A stretch of DNA of 60,272 bases from a virus. Positions 1 through 9,560 of the stretch are shown here, piece after piece. The stretch is taken from the UHGV virus genome UHGV-0197990, one strand, 5' to 3'. The stretch's first letter is position 1. Every line of letters begins with the position of its first letter. Under the pieces are notes generated by a model. It had not been told where the DNA came from and searched no databases. It was given only the letters and a program-made list of their open reading frames with translations. The translations under genes and the position numbers were made by a program.

Positions 1-6
1 ATTCTG

Positions 7-819
7 ATGGCTGGATTATCAATTCCACAAAGCGAATATAGAGCGCATCCGGCAATCAGTAAATCAGACTTGTTCAAGATTACAAAGTCTCCACTTCATT
101 TTAAATGGTCAATGGAGAACAAGGAAGACAAAACAGCAGCACTCATATTTGGAAGTGCGTGCCACAAGTATATTCTTGAGCGTGATGATTTTGACAGTGA
201 ATTTGCTGTTTCTTTGAACGTGGACAGGAGAACTAAAGCCGGGAAAGAAGAATATGCGAAGTGGTTGGAAGAAAATGAGGGGAAAGACGTAGTTTCTTCC
301 GATGACATGGAGAAAATAAAAGCCATGGCAGAAGTGATCGATTCCAACAAGTTTGCAAATAGACTTCTTTCCGGTGAACATGAAAAGTCATTTTTCTGGA
401 CTGATGAACAGACAGGAGAAGAGTGCAAGTGTAGACCGGATGATATTACAATTATTGGAAATCAGCACATCCTTGTTGACTATAAAACCACGGACAACGC
501 AGAAACAGAAGCTTTCAGAGCAACGGCTATCAAATATGGATATGATCTGCAAGCCGGAATGTACTGCGAGGGGTACAAAGCGAACACTGGTGAAGATGCG
601 ATATTCATTTTCGTGGCACAGGAAAAGAAACCGCCGTATGCGATCAACATTCTTCAAGCTGATGAATACATGATGATTGAGGGAAAGAATCTATTTCACG
701 ATTTGATGGAAATATACCATAACTGCAAGGTTACTGACAATTGGTATGGATACATGGGCGAAACCGGGGACGTACAGAGTCTTGGATTGCCAAAATGGTT
801 ACAGAAAGAATTTGAATAG
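7..819 (+). CDS. PD-(D/E)XK exonuclease, DUF3799 / exodeoxyribonuclease VIII-like, partner of RecT
   Basis: ORF 270 aa. N-terminal AHPAISKSDLFKI...FGSACHKYILE pattern and a D..E.K-like VDYKTT motif are typical of DUF3799 PDDEXK nucleases. Lies immediately upstream of recT. Confidence 0.6.
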   Translation: MAGLSIPQSEYRAHPAISKSDLFKITKSPLHFKWSMENKEDKTAALIFGSACHKYILERDDFDSEFAVSLNVDRRTKAGKEEYAKWLEENEGKDVVSSDDMEKIKAMAEVIDSNKFANRLLSGEHEKSFFWTDEQTGEECKCRPDDITIIGNQHILVDYKTTDNAETEAFRATAIKYGYDLQAGMYCEGYKANTGEDAIFIFVAQEKKPPYAINILQADEYMMIEGKNLFHDLMEIYHNCKVTDNWYGYMGETGDVQSLGLPKWLQKEFE

Positions 820-833
820 GAGGATAAACAACT

Positions 834-1688
834 ATGTCAAACAATGAAGTAAAAGAGTATCAGGTAGGAACACCTACAATGCAATTTTCTGATACGTCAA
901 AAATAAATCAGGGAACCGTTGCTATTGAGTCAAGCAGAGCAATGGTAGAAGCACAGGGAAAGCTTCTGTTGGCGAAACAGTTTCCTAGAAACTACACACA
1001 GTCTTACACCAAGGCGATTGAAGCGTGTCAGCGGAAAGGATTTGCCGAAAGTGCATTCTATTCTTATCCGAGAGGGAAAGAAACTGTCACAGGAGTTACG
1101 ATCAGATTTGCTGAGGAGCTTGCTCGCTGCTACGGAAACATGGACTACGGAATCAAGGAACTTTCTCACGAAGATGGACGTTCTGAAATGCAGGCTTACG
1201 CATGGGATTTGGAAACAAACACTATTTCCAGTCAGAACTTTACTGTTGAGCATATCAGAGAGACACGGTATGGGAATAACAAGCTCACATCTCAGCGTGA
1301 TATCTATGAGAAGACCGCAAACGATGGAGCAAGAAGACTCAGAAGCCGTATCCTTGCGATTCTGCCACCTGATCTTATCGAAAACTGTATCAATGAGTGT
1401 AAGAAGACTCTCAGGGGAGAAGAGAGCTTACCACTGTCTGACAGAGTAAGAACACTGGTTGCGTACTTCTCTAAGAAAGGCGTGACACAGGAAATGATTG
1501 AGAAACGCCTTAACCACAAAGTTGAGACCATGACTTCTGACGAACTTGTTGAATATACCGGAATCTATAACGGTCTGATTCATAAAGAAACAACCGTCTC
1601 AGATTGGTTCGAGCAGCCGAAGACAGCAAGTCAGATTTCAGAGCTGATGAAAGAGGAAGAAGAGAACGAGAAAAAGGGTGATAAGTAA
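834..1688 (+). CDS. recT: RecT-family single-strand annealing protein
   Basis: 284 aa, RBS GGAGGA upstream. Conserved RecT core (AIESSRAMVEAQGKLLLAKQFP ... RYGNNKL) and synteny with an exonuclease. Confidence 0.8.
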   Translation: MSNNEVKEYQVGTPTMQFSDTSKINQGTVAIESSRAMVEAQGKLLLAKQFPRNYTQSYTKAIEACQRKGFAESAFYSYPRGKETVTGVTIRFAEELARCYGNMDYGIKELSHEDGRSEMQAYAWDLETNTISSQNFTVEHIRETRYGNNKLTSQRDIYEKTANDGARRLRSRILAILPPDLIENCINECKKTLRGEESLPLSDRVRTLVAYFSKKGVTQEMIEKRLNHKVETMTSDELVEYTGIYNGLIHKETTVSDWFEQPKTASQISELMKEEEENEKKGDK

Positions 1689-2080
1689 TGGAATATCATG
1701 TGACTGTTAAAGGGTTTAAAAGCGGATTAAATGAGCTTTTGGGTGGAAGAATGTACGATCACCGGACAAAGAAGTATCGAAATTCTGAAAAGAGCAAGAA
1801 TGATGCGATATGTGCTAAGTACATTAAATTGAGCAAGGATTTGCGCGGAGTAAAAATTGATAGGCCTGTAATTATTCACTACGAATTTTATTGTGAGAAT
1901 AAGATGCATGACAGAATGAACGTTGCGTCAGCTTTTATAAAATCATTTGAAGATGCTTTACAGAAGTGTAGAGTCCTCAAAAATGATGGCTGGGATGATG
2001 TACTTACTCCAACACTATCATTTGATATTGACAAGCAGAAACCTAGAGTAGAAGTGACAATTGAAGAGGTAGAAGAATGA
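1688..2080 (+). CDS. rusA: RusA-like Holliday junction resolvase
   Basis: 130 aa. C-terminal DALQKCRVLKNDGWDDV...VEVTIEEV resembles the RusA DAL..G...DD..V...EL.I motif. Start overlaps the recT stop. Confidence 0.6.
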   Translation: MEYHVTVKGFKSGLNELLGGRMYDHRTKKYRNSEKSKNDAICAKYIKLSKDLRGVKIDRPVIIHYEFYCENKMHDRMNVASAFIKSFEDALQKCRVLKNDGWDDVLTPTLSFDIDKQKPRVEVTIEEVEE

Positions 2081-2514
2081 ACAATGTAAGTTTAGTTGGC
2101 AGACTTGTCCGTGATCCGGAAGTGAGATATGGACAAAATGAAAGTGTTTCAGTAGCAAAGTTTTCACTGGCAGTGGAAAGGCGTTTTAAAAGAGACGGTG
2201 ATCCTACAGTTGATTTTATCAATTGTACAGTGTTTGGGAAATCAGCAGAATTCACAGAGAAATATTTCCGAAAAGGAATGAGAGTTGCGATTACTGGAAG
2301 AATTCAGACTGGCAGTTACAAGAACAAAGATGGACAGACTGTTTTTACGACAGAGATTATCGTAGAGTCACAGGAAATCGCTCAGAGTAAATCAGAGAGT
2401 AATGAAAGTTCCACTGCTAGCAATGCAGAAGCTGGAAAATCACCATACGGTTCTAGCGGAGACGATTTTATGTCTATTCCTGAAGGTGCTGAAGATGAAC
2501 TCCCGTTCTCATAA
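2077..2514 (+). CDS. ssb: single-stranded DNA-binding protein
   Basis: 145 aa. OB-fold N-terminus (MNNVSLVGRLVRDPEVRY) and acidic C-terminal tail DELPFS typical of SSB. Confidence 0.9.
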   Translation: MNNVSLVGRLVRDPEVRYGQNESVSVAKFSLAVERRFKRDGDPTVDFINCTVFGKSAEFTEKYFRKGMRVAITGRIQTGSYKNKDGQTVFTTEIIVESQEIAQSKSESNESSTASNAEAGKSPYGSSGDDFMSIPEGAEDELPFS

Positions 2515-2593
2515 GCCGAAAAAGTGTTGCCATCCAAATTGTTTTAATTGTCCGTATGCCGATTGTATATGGGACGAACTTACGTCAAGCGAT

Positions 2594-2923
2594 ATGTCAG
2601 AGACTAATAATCGAGACTATCAATTTTACGAAGAGTCAACAGGTGAAAAGTATCATAAAGGTACGGACAATGAATACAGAGCAGAAAGAGAAAAGCTGTA
2701 CAGGAAAGAGCATCCGGTCAAAAGAGATCGTTCTGAATACAATAAACAATATTATCTGAAGAATAAGGAAAGGATTAAAAAGAATCGTTCCAGTTCTTAT
2801 GACACTGATTGCAATACCAAAAAATGTAAAAAGTGGAGAAAATCTCACATGGAACACAAGAAAGAATATGACAGAAAGAGATATTTACAAAGAAAGGCAG
2901 AATTAAAGCCAGGGGGAGCTTGA
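2594..2923 (+). CDS. hypothetical basic (Lys/Arg-rich) protein
   Basis: Tracked ORF 2402-2923 overlaps ssb. First in-frame ATG after the ssb stop is at 2594. Start is uncertain. Confidence 0.35.
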   Translation: MSETNNRDYQFYEESTGEKYHKGTDNEYRAEREKLYRKEHPVKRDRSEYNKQYYLKNKERIKKNRSSSYDTDCNTKKCKKWRKSHMEHKKEYDRKRYLQRKAELKPGGA

Positions 2924-2939
2924 TTTGGGAGAGAGAAGA

Positions 2940-3656
2940 ATGTTTACGAAAAGAATCACAGAATCAGATGAATTTTTGGGAATGCCTAGCAGCTCTCAGA
3001 TGCTTTACTTCCATCTTTCGATGAATGCTGACGATGATGGATTTGTCAGCAATCCACGGAAGATTCAGAGAATGTGTGGTGCTTCAAATGATGATTATGA
3101 CTTGTTAATTATGAAGAGATTCATTCTGACGTTTGAAAGTGGTGTTATCGTAATCAAGCATTGGAGAATGCATAACTACATTCAATCTGACCGATACAAG
3201 CCAACTGATTGCATTGACGAAAAGAAAATGCTTGGGTTGAAAAAGAACAAGGCTTACACTCTTGATGAATCTCAGATGGATAAGAGATGCATCCCGGCAA
3301 CTGAAAAGATTACATCTGATAGAGAAATCGAACAAATTGAGGAAACAAGCAGTCAGATTGAGTCAATCAAAGAAATCATATCGTACTTGAATATGAGAAC
3401 CGGAGCAAGATACAGATATCAAACTCAAAGCACTCAGAAGCATATTAGAGCAAGACTGAATGAACATTTCACTGTTGATGATTTCAAGGCAGTGATTGAC
3501 AAGAAATACGCTGAGTGGAACGGTACGAACATGAGCAAGTTTTTGAGACCAGAGACATTGTTCGGTACTAAATTTGAGAGTTACTTAAATCAGAGTGTAT
3601 CTACTGCAAATTCTGCCAATGGAAAGATTTCTGAATGGAGTGAGTTACGGACATGA
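2940..3656 (+). CDS. phage replisome organizer (DnaD-like N-terminal domain plus conserved phage C-terminal domain)
   Basis: ATG 2940 is preceded by GGAGAG. N-terminus LGMPSSSQMLYFHLSMNADDDGFV and C-terminus YLNMRTGARYRYQTQSTQKHIRARL...KFLRPETLF match the phage replication-initiation (Lin1244-like) family. Confidence 0.7.
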   Translation: MFTKRITESDEFLGMPSSSQMLYFHLSMNADDDGFVSNPRKIQRMCGASNDDYDLLIMKRFILTFESGVIVIKHWRMHNYIQSDRYKPTDCIDEKKMLGLKKNKAYTLDESQMDKRCIPATEKITSDREIEQIEETSSQIESIKEIISYLNMRTGARYRYQTQSTQKHIRARLNEHFTVDDFKAVIDKKYAEWNGTNMSKFLRPETLFGTKFESYLNQSVSTANSANGKISEWSELRT

Positions 3657-4183
3657 CAAAAAATGAAACAATTCAAATCATAATGATGATTCAAGCCACG
3701 TATCCTCAATGGGATGTGCAAGACAAGCAATACACCGTCAATATGTGGCAGAAGATATTCGAAGAAGAAGAATACAGCGTTGTTGAACAAGCTTTAATGG
3801 CTTATATCAGATCAGACACAAAAGGTTTTGCACCAGTCCCAGGACAATTAATGGAGAAGATTCAGTTCATTACTCAACCAAAACAGATGAACGAAGTAGA
3901 AGCGTGGTCGCTTGTCAGCAAAGCACTCAAAAGATGCGGGTATTATGCTGATGAAGAATTTGAGAAACTTCCGAAGCTTGTTCAGAAAGCAGTTGGCAGC
4001 CCTAGTCAGTTAAGAACATGGGCAATTGACAAAAATTACAATGAACAGGTAGCTAGCTCAAACTTCATGCGATCTTACCGAGAAGAAGTGAGAAACGAAA
4101 CACTGTTCGGTAAGATGAGTTTAGTTATCAGAAATGCCATTACAGATAACAGAAATGTTGGAATGATTGAAGAGAAAGGATAG
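3653..4183 (+). CDS. G39P-like helicase loader/inhibitor domain protein
   Basis: 176 aa. N-terminus IQATYPQW...NMWQKIF..EEYSVVEQALMAYIRSDTKGFAPVPGQLMEKI follows the SPP1 G39P pattern. Confidence 0.45.
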   Translation: MTKNETIQIIMMIQATYPQWDVQDKQYTVNMWQKIFEEEEYSVVEQALMAYIRSDTKGFAPVPGQLMEKIQFITQPKQMNEVEAWSLVSKALKRCGYYADEEFEKLPKLVQKAVGSPSQLRTWAIDKNYNEQVASSNFMRSYREEVRNETLFGKMSLVIRNAITDNRNVGMIEEKG

Positions 4184-4188
4184 AGAAT

Positions 4189-4881
4189 ATGAGTGAAGCT
4201 ATTAAATCATACAAAGGATTCAACAAAGACATGACTTGCAGAGGTTTTCAGTATGAGGAAGGTAAAGAATATGAAGAAAGCAATGCATTAGTTTGTGAAA
4301 ATGGATTCCATGCTTGTGAATATCCGTTGGATTGCCTTAGTTATTACAGTCCTTCGGAAAGTGTATATCATGAAGTTGAACAGAGTGGAAAGCTTTCGAA
4401 AGAATCAGACGATACAAAAGTTGCATCAACAAAAATTAAAATTGGTGCAAAACTTAGTATTGCAGGATTAGTAGAAGCGGCTATTGAATATACGAAAGAA
4501 AGAGTCAAACAAGAAGAGGATTCCGATGGAGACTACGGAGCATCCTCAGCGACAGGAGACTACGGAGCATCCTCAGCGACAGGAGACTACGGAGCATCCT
4601 CAGCGACAGGATACAAAGGAGCATCCTCAGCAGAAATCCCTAACTCTGTCGCTGTGGCTTGGGGATATAAAGGAAAAGCAAAAGGCGTGAAAGGCTCGTT
4701 CCTTGTCCTTGCAGACTGGAAGTGTAAAGGAAAAGAATTAGATAACTATTATAAAGAAGATATGTGGGAACTCAAAGATGCTGTGATGGTTCGTGTTGAC
4801 GGAGAAACAATCAAAGAAGATACATGGTACACGATGGTTGACGGAAAAGTTGTTAATGAGGAGAAGTGTAATGAGATATAA
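4189..4881 (+). CDS. hypothetical phage protein with three tandem GDYGASSAT repeats
   Basis: 230 aa. Conserved N-terminal FNKDMTCRGFQYEEG...GFHACE motif. A perfect 27-nt tandem repeat x3 at 4544-4624. Confidence 0.6.
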   Translation: MSEAIKSYKGFNKDMTCRGFQYEEGKEYEESNALVCENGFHACEYPLDCLSYYSPSESVYHEVEQSGKLSKESDDTKVASTKIKIGAKLSIAGLVEAAIEYTKERVKQEEDSDGDYGASSATGDYGASSATGDYGASSATGYKGASSAEIPNSVAVAWGYKGKAKGVKGSFLVLADWKCKGKELDNYYKEDMWELKDAVMVRVDGETIKEDTWYTMVDGKVVNEEKCNEI

Positions 4882-5428
4882 AGTTGGAGACAAGGTAAGA
4901 GTTAGGAGAGACTTGGAAACTGCGGTGATGTATGGTGTTTTATGTGCAACTTATGAAATGTTAAAGGAAAAAATTGTAACGATTAAATCCGTTCATGATG
5001 GTTACTACAAAGTTGTAGAAGATGACTATAAGTGGACAGACGAAATGTTTGAAGGCTTGGCAGAGGAAGAACTGACAGCGGAAGAAGCAATTAGGTTTAA
5101 GTGCGAAATGTGTGAAAGTATTTCATGTTCTGAATGTAAGTTCAGTAGAGCTAATAATGGTGAAGATATTTACTGCAATAAATTTTTAGAAAAATACCCT
5201 GAACAAGTTGTTGAAATCCTCAAACAGTGGAAGAAAGACCATGAGAAGAAAGAGGTTGAGGTTACACAGAAAATTTATTGCCTCGTAGTGGATGAGGAAA
5301 GAAAAGTCGTGCATGAAGAAGAAATTGGAAATAGTGATTCTTGCATGGATGTGCTGAAAAACTACTGTGAAAATCACGATGGGAAATTCTTCTCGCTTAT
5401 GGAATTTAGATACGAGGTGAAGCAATGA
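4871..5428 (+). CDS. hypothetical protein with Cys cluster (CEMCESISCSEC)
   Basis: ATG 4871 overlaps the upstream stop. Tracked ORF begins at 4793 inside the previous gene. Confidence 0.5.
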   Translation: MRYKVGDKVRVRRDLETAVMYGVLCATYEMLKEKIVTIKSVHDGYYKVVEDDYKWTDEMFEGLAEEELTAEEAIRFKCEMCESISCSECKFSRANNGEDIYCNKFLEKYPEQVVEILKQWKKDHEKKEVEVTQKIYCLVVDEERKVVHEEEIGNSDSCMDVLKNYCENHDGKFFSLMEFRYEVKQ

Positions 5429-5643
5429 TGAACACAGGAGAAAAGATAGATTACATGATTCAGTGCTTACAGGTGGCGAAAGCTGAGTGTGAGTATTTGG
5501 ACGAATGGAATGCCAAAGACTGGGAGGATGACCGAGACATACAATGGTTGTGTTCCAACAGACAGCCAAATAAGTCGCTGATTAAGGACAACCTTAGAAA
5601 TGCAGCGAGAATGGGATTTCAGCTTGCGAATGAGGTGAAGTGA
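5425..5643 (+). CDS. hypothetical protein
   Basis: 72-aa ORF translationally coupled to its neighbours. Confidence 0.45.
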   Translation: MMNTGEKIDYMIQCLQVAKAECEYLDEWNAKDWEDDRDIQWLCSNRQPNKSLIKDNLRNAARMGFQLANEVK

Positions 5644-5912
5644 TGATTAGAAAATTAATAGAAGAAATTATTGAAAAGTATTATCGAGAAAGTGACGAAT
5701 ACTATTCGAGATACCGTGAAGATGAAGATGGAAATGATTTTGAAATGGACGAAGAAATTAAATCTGCATTGGAAGAAAAAGGAATACAGTTCGAGATTGG
5801 ATTTGAAGATGGTTTTTCTTCGTGTGCCTACGACAATGATTTTCTGGCTATCGCATGGATAGAAGCGGATGGTACTTTGGAACTTGAAACCGTACTATTA
5901 GAAACTATGTAA
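5640..5912 (+). CDS. hypothetical acidic protein
   Basis: 90-aa ORF with overlapping start and stop. Confidence 0.45.
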   Translation: MMIRKLIEEIIEKYYRESDEYYSRYREDEDGNDFEMDEEIKSALEEKGIQFEIGFEDGFSSCAYDNDFLAIAWIEADGTLELETVLLETM

Positions 5913-5972
5913 ATTACAGAAAGGAGTACGGAGCTCCGGCCGGGGAAAGATATATCGGCTCCTTTCGAGAAG

Positions 5973-6317
5973 ATGAAAATTGTAAAAGGTAAAGAACAGG
6001 AATATAAAGACTGGTATGAAAAAAACAGTGATCCATACGGTAGAGCGTGTTTTACATATGCTGAAAGATGGGCTGGAATGATGGAAGAGAAGATAAAAGC
6101 ATCAGAAGACGATGAAATGAAAGTTATTGTTGATAATGCAGAGCAACTGAGCCATGAAGCGGATGAAGAGGGAATTACAGGATTTATGTACGGAGTAGCT
6201 GTCAGTATTCTTTCTCAATGCTGGGAATACGGAGAATGTCTAAGAAAATGGCACAACAAAGAGTATGGATATGACGGTGACGGTGTTGTAAATCCGGCGG
6301 TCATAACTATTGGTTAA
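5973..6317 (+). CDS. hypothetical protein
   Basis: 114-aa ORF. Confidence 0.45.
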   Translation: MKIVKGKEQEYKDWYEKNSDPYGRACFTYAERWAGMMEEKIKASEDDEMKVIVDNAEQLSHEADEEGITGFMYGVAVSILSQCWEYGECLRKWHNKEYGYDGDGVVNPAVITIG

Positions 6318-6331
6318 AAAAGAGGTTAAAG

Positions 6332-6514
6332 ATGAAGAAAGAATCACTGATTCATAAAATCCTGAGGAAACTCGGTTTTATCAAAGACATTGAGGATGAT
6401 AGGAAATTGAAAATGGAGATGTGCGAAAGAGCAATAAAGGCAAATGTATGCCCTGAGGATTTCGACATTTGCGCATGGGATACGAAAGGTGGAGTTAGTT
6501 ATGAGAATCATTAG
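6332..6514 (+). CDS. hypothetical protein
   Basis: 60-aa ORF with RBS AAGAGG. Confidence 0.4.
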   Translation: MKKESLIHKILRKLGFIKDIEDDRKLKMEMCERAIKANVCPEDFDICAWDTKGGVSYENH

Positions 6515-6749
6515 TCAGGATGGTCAAATAGACTTGCCGTATAATAGAATAATGCTCTGCGTGGAAGGAGTGCTTGTTACTGCAAGAAATGACGGAAAAC
6601 AATATCTGATCGGGAAATATCACACTGAAGAGAAAGCAATCAATGCTATGGAAATGTGCAGAGAAAAATATCAAGGCTTTTTTACAAAAGGTAATTTCAT
6701 GCTTGACCATCCGAAGGTATTCCGGTTTCCAGCAGATGATGAGATTTAG
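6501..6749 (+). CDS. hypothetical protein
   Basis: ATG 6501 with GGAG upstream. The tracked ORF start at 6444 lies inside the previous gene. Confidence 0.4.
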   Translation: MRIISQDGQIDLPYNRIMLCVEGVLVTARNDGKQYLIGKYHTEEKAINAMEMCREKYQGFFTKGNFMLDHPKVFRFPADDEI

Positions 6750-6763
6750 AGAGCGAGGAAGAA

Positions 6764-7090
6764 ATGAAAGAGCCAAGCGAAAAGAAAGCAATCATCAAAA
6801 AGATGATGAAAGAGGGAAAGACATATAAGCAGATTTCGGAAGAGACTGGAATCCATCCTGTAACTGTTGGAATATACGGTGGAAAGCTTAAGAAAGCTGA
6901 GAGGGAAAAGAAATGCTTCAATGGAGACAGGCATTTGTGCAGAACTTGTAAATACCGTGCTTCCGGTGCAAGAAGTGGTTGCGACTATATCATACATACC
7001 GGAAACGAGCGTGGTTGTAATCCAGAGGTGTGTAACAAGTATGAAAGAGGGAACAGAAATGAGACTAAAACCAGTAGTAAAGGCAAGTGA
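6764..7090 (+). CDS. HTH DNA-binding protein with Cys-rich C-terminus
   Basis: 108 aa. KTYKQISEETGIHPVTV is a helix-turn-helix. Followed by a C..C...C....C cluster. Confidence 0.45.
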   Translation: MKEPSEKKAIIKKMMKEGKTYKQISEETGIHPVTVGIYGGKLKKAEREKKCFNGDRHLCRTCKYRASGARSGCDYIIHTGNERGCNPEVCNKYERGNRNETKTSSKGK

Positions 7091-7337
7091 GTTTGTGAGA
7101 TTCGGATTCAAGCCTTGCCGAGGACTTCCGAAAAGCGCAGAGAGTTACTATCTCTGCGTGAAGAACGGACACAGAGTGATGTTTGTGGACAGTAAGCATT
7201 TTACGGAATCTGAATGGCCGATAAAGGATGCAAGGATACACAAGAATCCAAACTGTAAATTCAGTGACAAGCGGACAGCAACCGAGATTGAGTGTGAATT
7301 GGTTGTGAATGGCTTGCTGGAAGAGGTGAGGGAATGA
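7059..7337 (+). CDS. hypothetical protein
   Basis: ATG 7059 preceded by AGAGGGA. Upstream part of the tracked ORF overlaps the previous gene. Confidence 0.4.
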   Translation: MRLKPVVKASEFVRFGFKPCRGLPKSAESYYLCVKNGHRVMFVDSKHFTESEWPIKDARIHKNPNCKFSDKRTATEIECELVVNGLLEEVRE

Positions 7338-7708
7338 GATTAACAACATACCACTGTGGGAAAGCAGTGATTAAGGACAAGAATAAGCTGTCAGAAGCTA
7401 TTGAGAAGTTAGCGGAGTTTGAGGAAAAAGAAAAATGTGGAGAATGGCTTGATGCTATCGAACTTGCGAAAATTGCTATTGCACTGCAAAGTCAGAAGTG
7501 GATTCCAGTAAGTGAGAGACTTCCCGAAGATGAAAGCTACATACTGGTATCGTTTGAAAACTCCACAATGCCGGATATCGCGCGATATGAAGAAAATGAC
7601 GAGGGTGGTACGTTCTATCCGGGAGATGATGAAAAATCATATTCAAGCTATGGATTTTTTGTGAATGCCTGGATGCCGTTACCGAAACCGTATAAGGAGA
7701 GTAATTAA
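7334..7708 (+). CDS. DUF551 domain protein
   Basis: 124 aa. WIPVSERLPE...YILV...WMPLPKPY matches the DUF551 signature. Confidence 0.6.
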   Translation: MRLTTYHCGKAVIKDKNKLSEAIEKLAEFEEKEKCGEWLDAIELAKIAIALQSQKWIPVSERLPEDESYILVSFENSTMPDIARYEENDEGGTFYPGDDEKSYSSYGFFVNAWMPLPKPYKESN

Positions 7709-8004
7709 TGGAAGAATTAAAACCATGTCCTAGATGTGGAACGAAAGCATATCTTTCAAGAGATGTGGTAGACGGATTTTATTTCGGATGGTCGGCTGGC
7801 TGTCCGAGATACTGCCACTACGATGGAATACACGGAACAACAATAGATACGTCCGAGAAAGATTGCTATGCGGTACACGGAGCGAATTCCAAAGAGGAAG
7901 CTATTGAGATATGGAATAATCGTGTTGAGCATCTGAGAGAACTCGATCAACAGATAGGTTATGAGAAAATCTTCGAAGAAATGCAAATAAATTCATTGAG
8001 ATAA
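7708..8004 (+). CDS. Lar-family restriction alleviation-like protein (Cys4 zinc ribbon)
   Basis: 98 aa. N-terminal LKPCPRCG...C..C zinc-ribbon as in Lar family. Confidence 0.45.
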   Translation: MEELKPCPRCGTKAYLSRDVVDGFYFGWSAGCPRYCHYDGIHGTTIDTSEKDCYAVHGANSKEEAIEIWNNRVEHLRELDQQIGYEKIFEEMQINSLR

Positions 8005-8037
8005 AAGCGAAGAGATTCGAAGATGAAGGAGAAAAAA

Positions 8038-8595
8038 ATGGAAAATAAAGAGCAGACAAATGCTTGTTACGGCTGTTTCGGAGCTGCAAATGGAGACTGT
8101 GATGAGTGTACTAGGAATAGGAGAGATAAAGAAATGACGAACAGGGAAAAATATTCAAAAGAGATTTTAGATATTGCGTGTAGTGGTGATAAATTAGCAA
8201 TGAGAAAAGCTGACAAGCGTTTAACAGGATGCACTAAGTTAGAGTGTAATGGTTGTTGTTTCTCCGGTACTGGTAGATGCAGTGAAGTTATACAAAAATG
8301 GGCAGAATCTGAGTATATCGAGAGCCCAGTTATTAGCAAAGCGGATAGAGCGTTTTTGGAGTATCTTAACGGTAAAATTAAGTATATCACAAGAGATGGC
8401 GCCGGGGAGTTGTACGCATACAGTGCGAAGCCGTGCAAAGAACGCGGAGCTTGGATGCCACAAACGGGCGAATTTTTCAATCTAGATTTTTATTTTAGTG
8501 CAGATTTTCCAATGGTCAAATGGTCAGACTCCGAACCGTGGCTTATCGAGGATCTGAAAAAGTTGGAGGTGGTTGAGGAATATGGGATTGATTAA
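8038..8595 (+). CDS. hypothetical Cys-rich protein
   Basis: Second in-frame ATG at 8038 has the strong RBS AAGGAG. The tracked ORF starts at 8023. Confidence 0.5.
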   Translation: MENKEQTNACYGCFGAANGDCDECTRNRRDKEMTNREKYSKEILDIACSGDKLAMRKADKRLTGCTKLECNGCCFSGTGRCSEVIQKWAESEYIESPVISKADRAFLEYLNGKIKYITRDGAGELYAYSAKPCKERGAWMPQTGEFFNLDFYFSADFPMVKWSDSEPWLIEDLKKLEVVEEYGID

Positions 8596-8749
8596 AGAAT
8601 ATGCATTTTGTGGTCTTGTTCTTGCGTTGGCATATGGGTTAGAAGATATGTTTTGGGAACATGGGTTACACGGAACGAAAATTAATATACCCTTTGTGGT
8701 GGCAGTAATAATCTGCATCATAATTATAGGTTGTTCTTTCTTGGCATAG
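8582..8749 (+). CDS. small hydrophobic protein (55 aa)
   Basis: Below the ORF-track cutoff. RBS GAGGAA. Single TM-like segment. Confidence 0.25.
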   Translation: MGLIKEYAFCGLVLALAYGLEDMFWEHGLHGTKINIPFVVAVIICIIIIGCSFLA

Positions 8750-8795
8750 GAGACAGACTATGACAATCCTGAACTGCTAGAAGAGGAGGATGTGC

Positions 8796-8978
8796 ATGGA
8801 ACAGATTAAGCTAGGCTTGAGAATCGCAAGCATTGTGGTTGGGATAATCGGTTATAGTGCGATATGGATGTGGATGATTAATAATCGCCGGGACGAAAAA
8901 AGTGAACTTGCGTGGGTATTATGGAAATGCTTTCATGCAATTGTGATTGCACTTGCGTTTCTTTGGGCGTGGTTTTAG
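8796..8978 (+). CDS. small membrane protein
   Basis: ATG 8796 preceded by GAGGAGGA. Two hydrophobic helices. Confidence 0.45.
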   Translation: MEQIKLGLRIASIVVGIIGYSAIWMWMINNRRDEKSELAWVLWKCFHAIVIALAFLWAWF

Positions 8979-9012
8979 GAGAAGATTATATTAGAAGATA
9001 AGGAGAATAGCA

Positions 9013-9468
9013 ATGGCAAAGATATTTAAAGTAAGCGGATATATGATTGATACGGACAATTTTCATAGATTAGGCGAAATAGAAAGCGGTATTAATTATG
9101 CTCTTGATGGTATGATACATCAGCATGTCCACATAGAAGAAGCGGATATAGGAGAGTGGGATGATGAAAGCCCACTTAACTATGATAATTGCGACCTTGC
9201 GGATTGCGAGAAATACTTCAAGAGAAAAGTTCCAGTAGATAATGATAGAAATGTTATTGCAGGACAGATCTACAAGCATTTCAAAGGACATACAGTTAAA
9301 GTTCTACATATCAGCCAGGACACAGAATCACCAGGGCAGTTCTATGTAGTCTACGAATGTGAGGATGGAGCTATTTGGAGTAGACCTTATGGAATGTTCG
9401 TGAGCGAGGTTGACCACGTGAAATATCCAGATGTGAAGCAGAAATACAGATTTGAGTTAATGGAGTGA
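9013..9468 (+). CDS. DUF1653 domain protein
   Basis: 151 aa. C-terminal IYKHFKGHTVKV...FYVVYECEDGAIWSRPYGMF matches DUF1653. Confidence 0.6.
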   Translation: MAKIFKVSGYMIDTDNFHRLGEIESGINYALDGMIHQHVHIEEADIGEWDDESPLNYDNCDLADCEKYFKRKVPVDNDRNVIAGQIYKHFKGHTVKVLHISQDTESPGQFYVVYECEDGAIWSRPYGMFVSEVDHVKYPDVKQKYRFELME

Positions 9469-9560
9469 TGAACAGTGAAAAGAAGTACAGACAGAAGAAG
9501 ATGTCCAGCAGAGATTAAAGCAAATCCGAAAAAGCATTAATTGTGAGAGGAGCGATTATT

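Noticed and set aside
2402-2593. Upstream extension of ORF 2402-2923 overlapping ssb
   Set aside because: It is translated in a different frame across the ssb 3' end, via a non-ATG start. A downstream ATG at 2594 was chosen instead, but with low confidence.
4484-4690. 68-aa ORF with TTEHPQRQE repeats
   Set aside because: Alternative reading frame of the 27-nt tandem repeat inside gene 4189-4881. It is an artefact of the repeat, not an independent gene.
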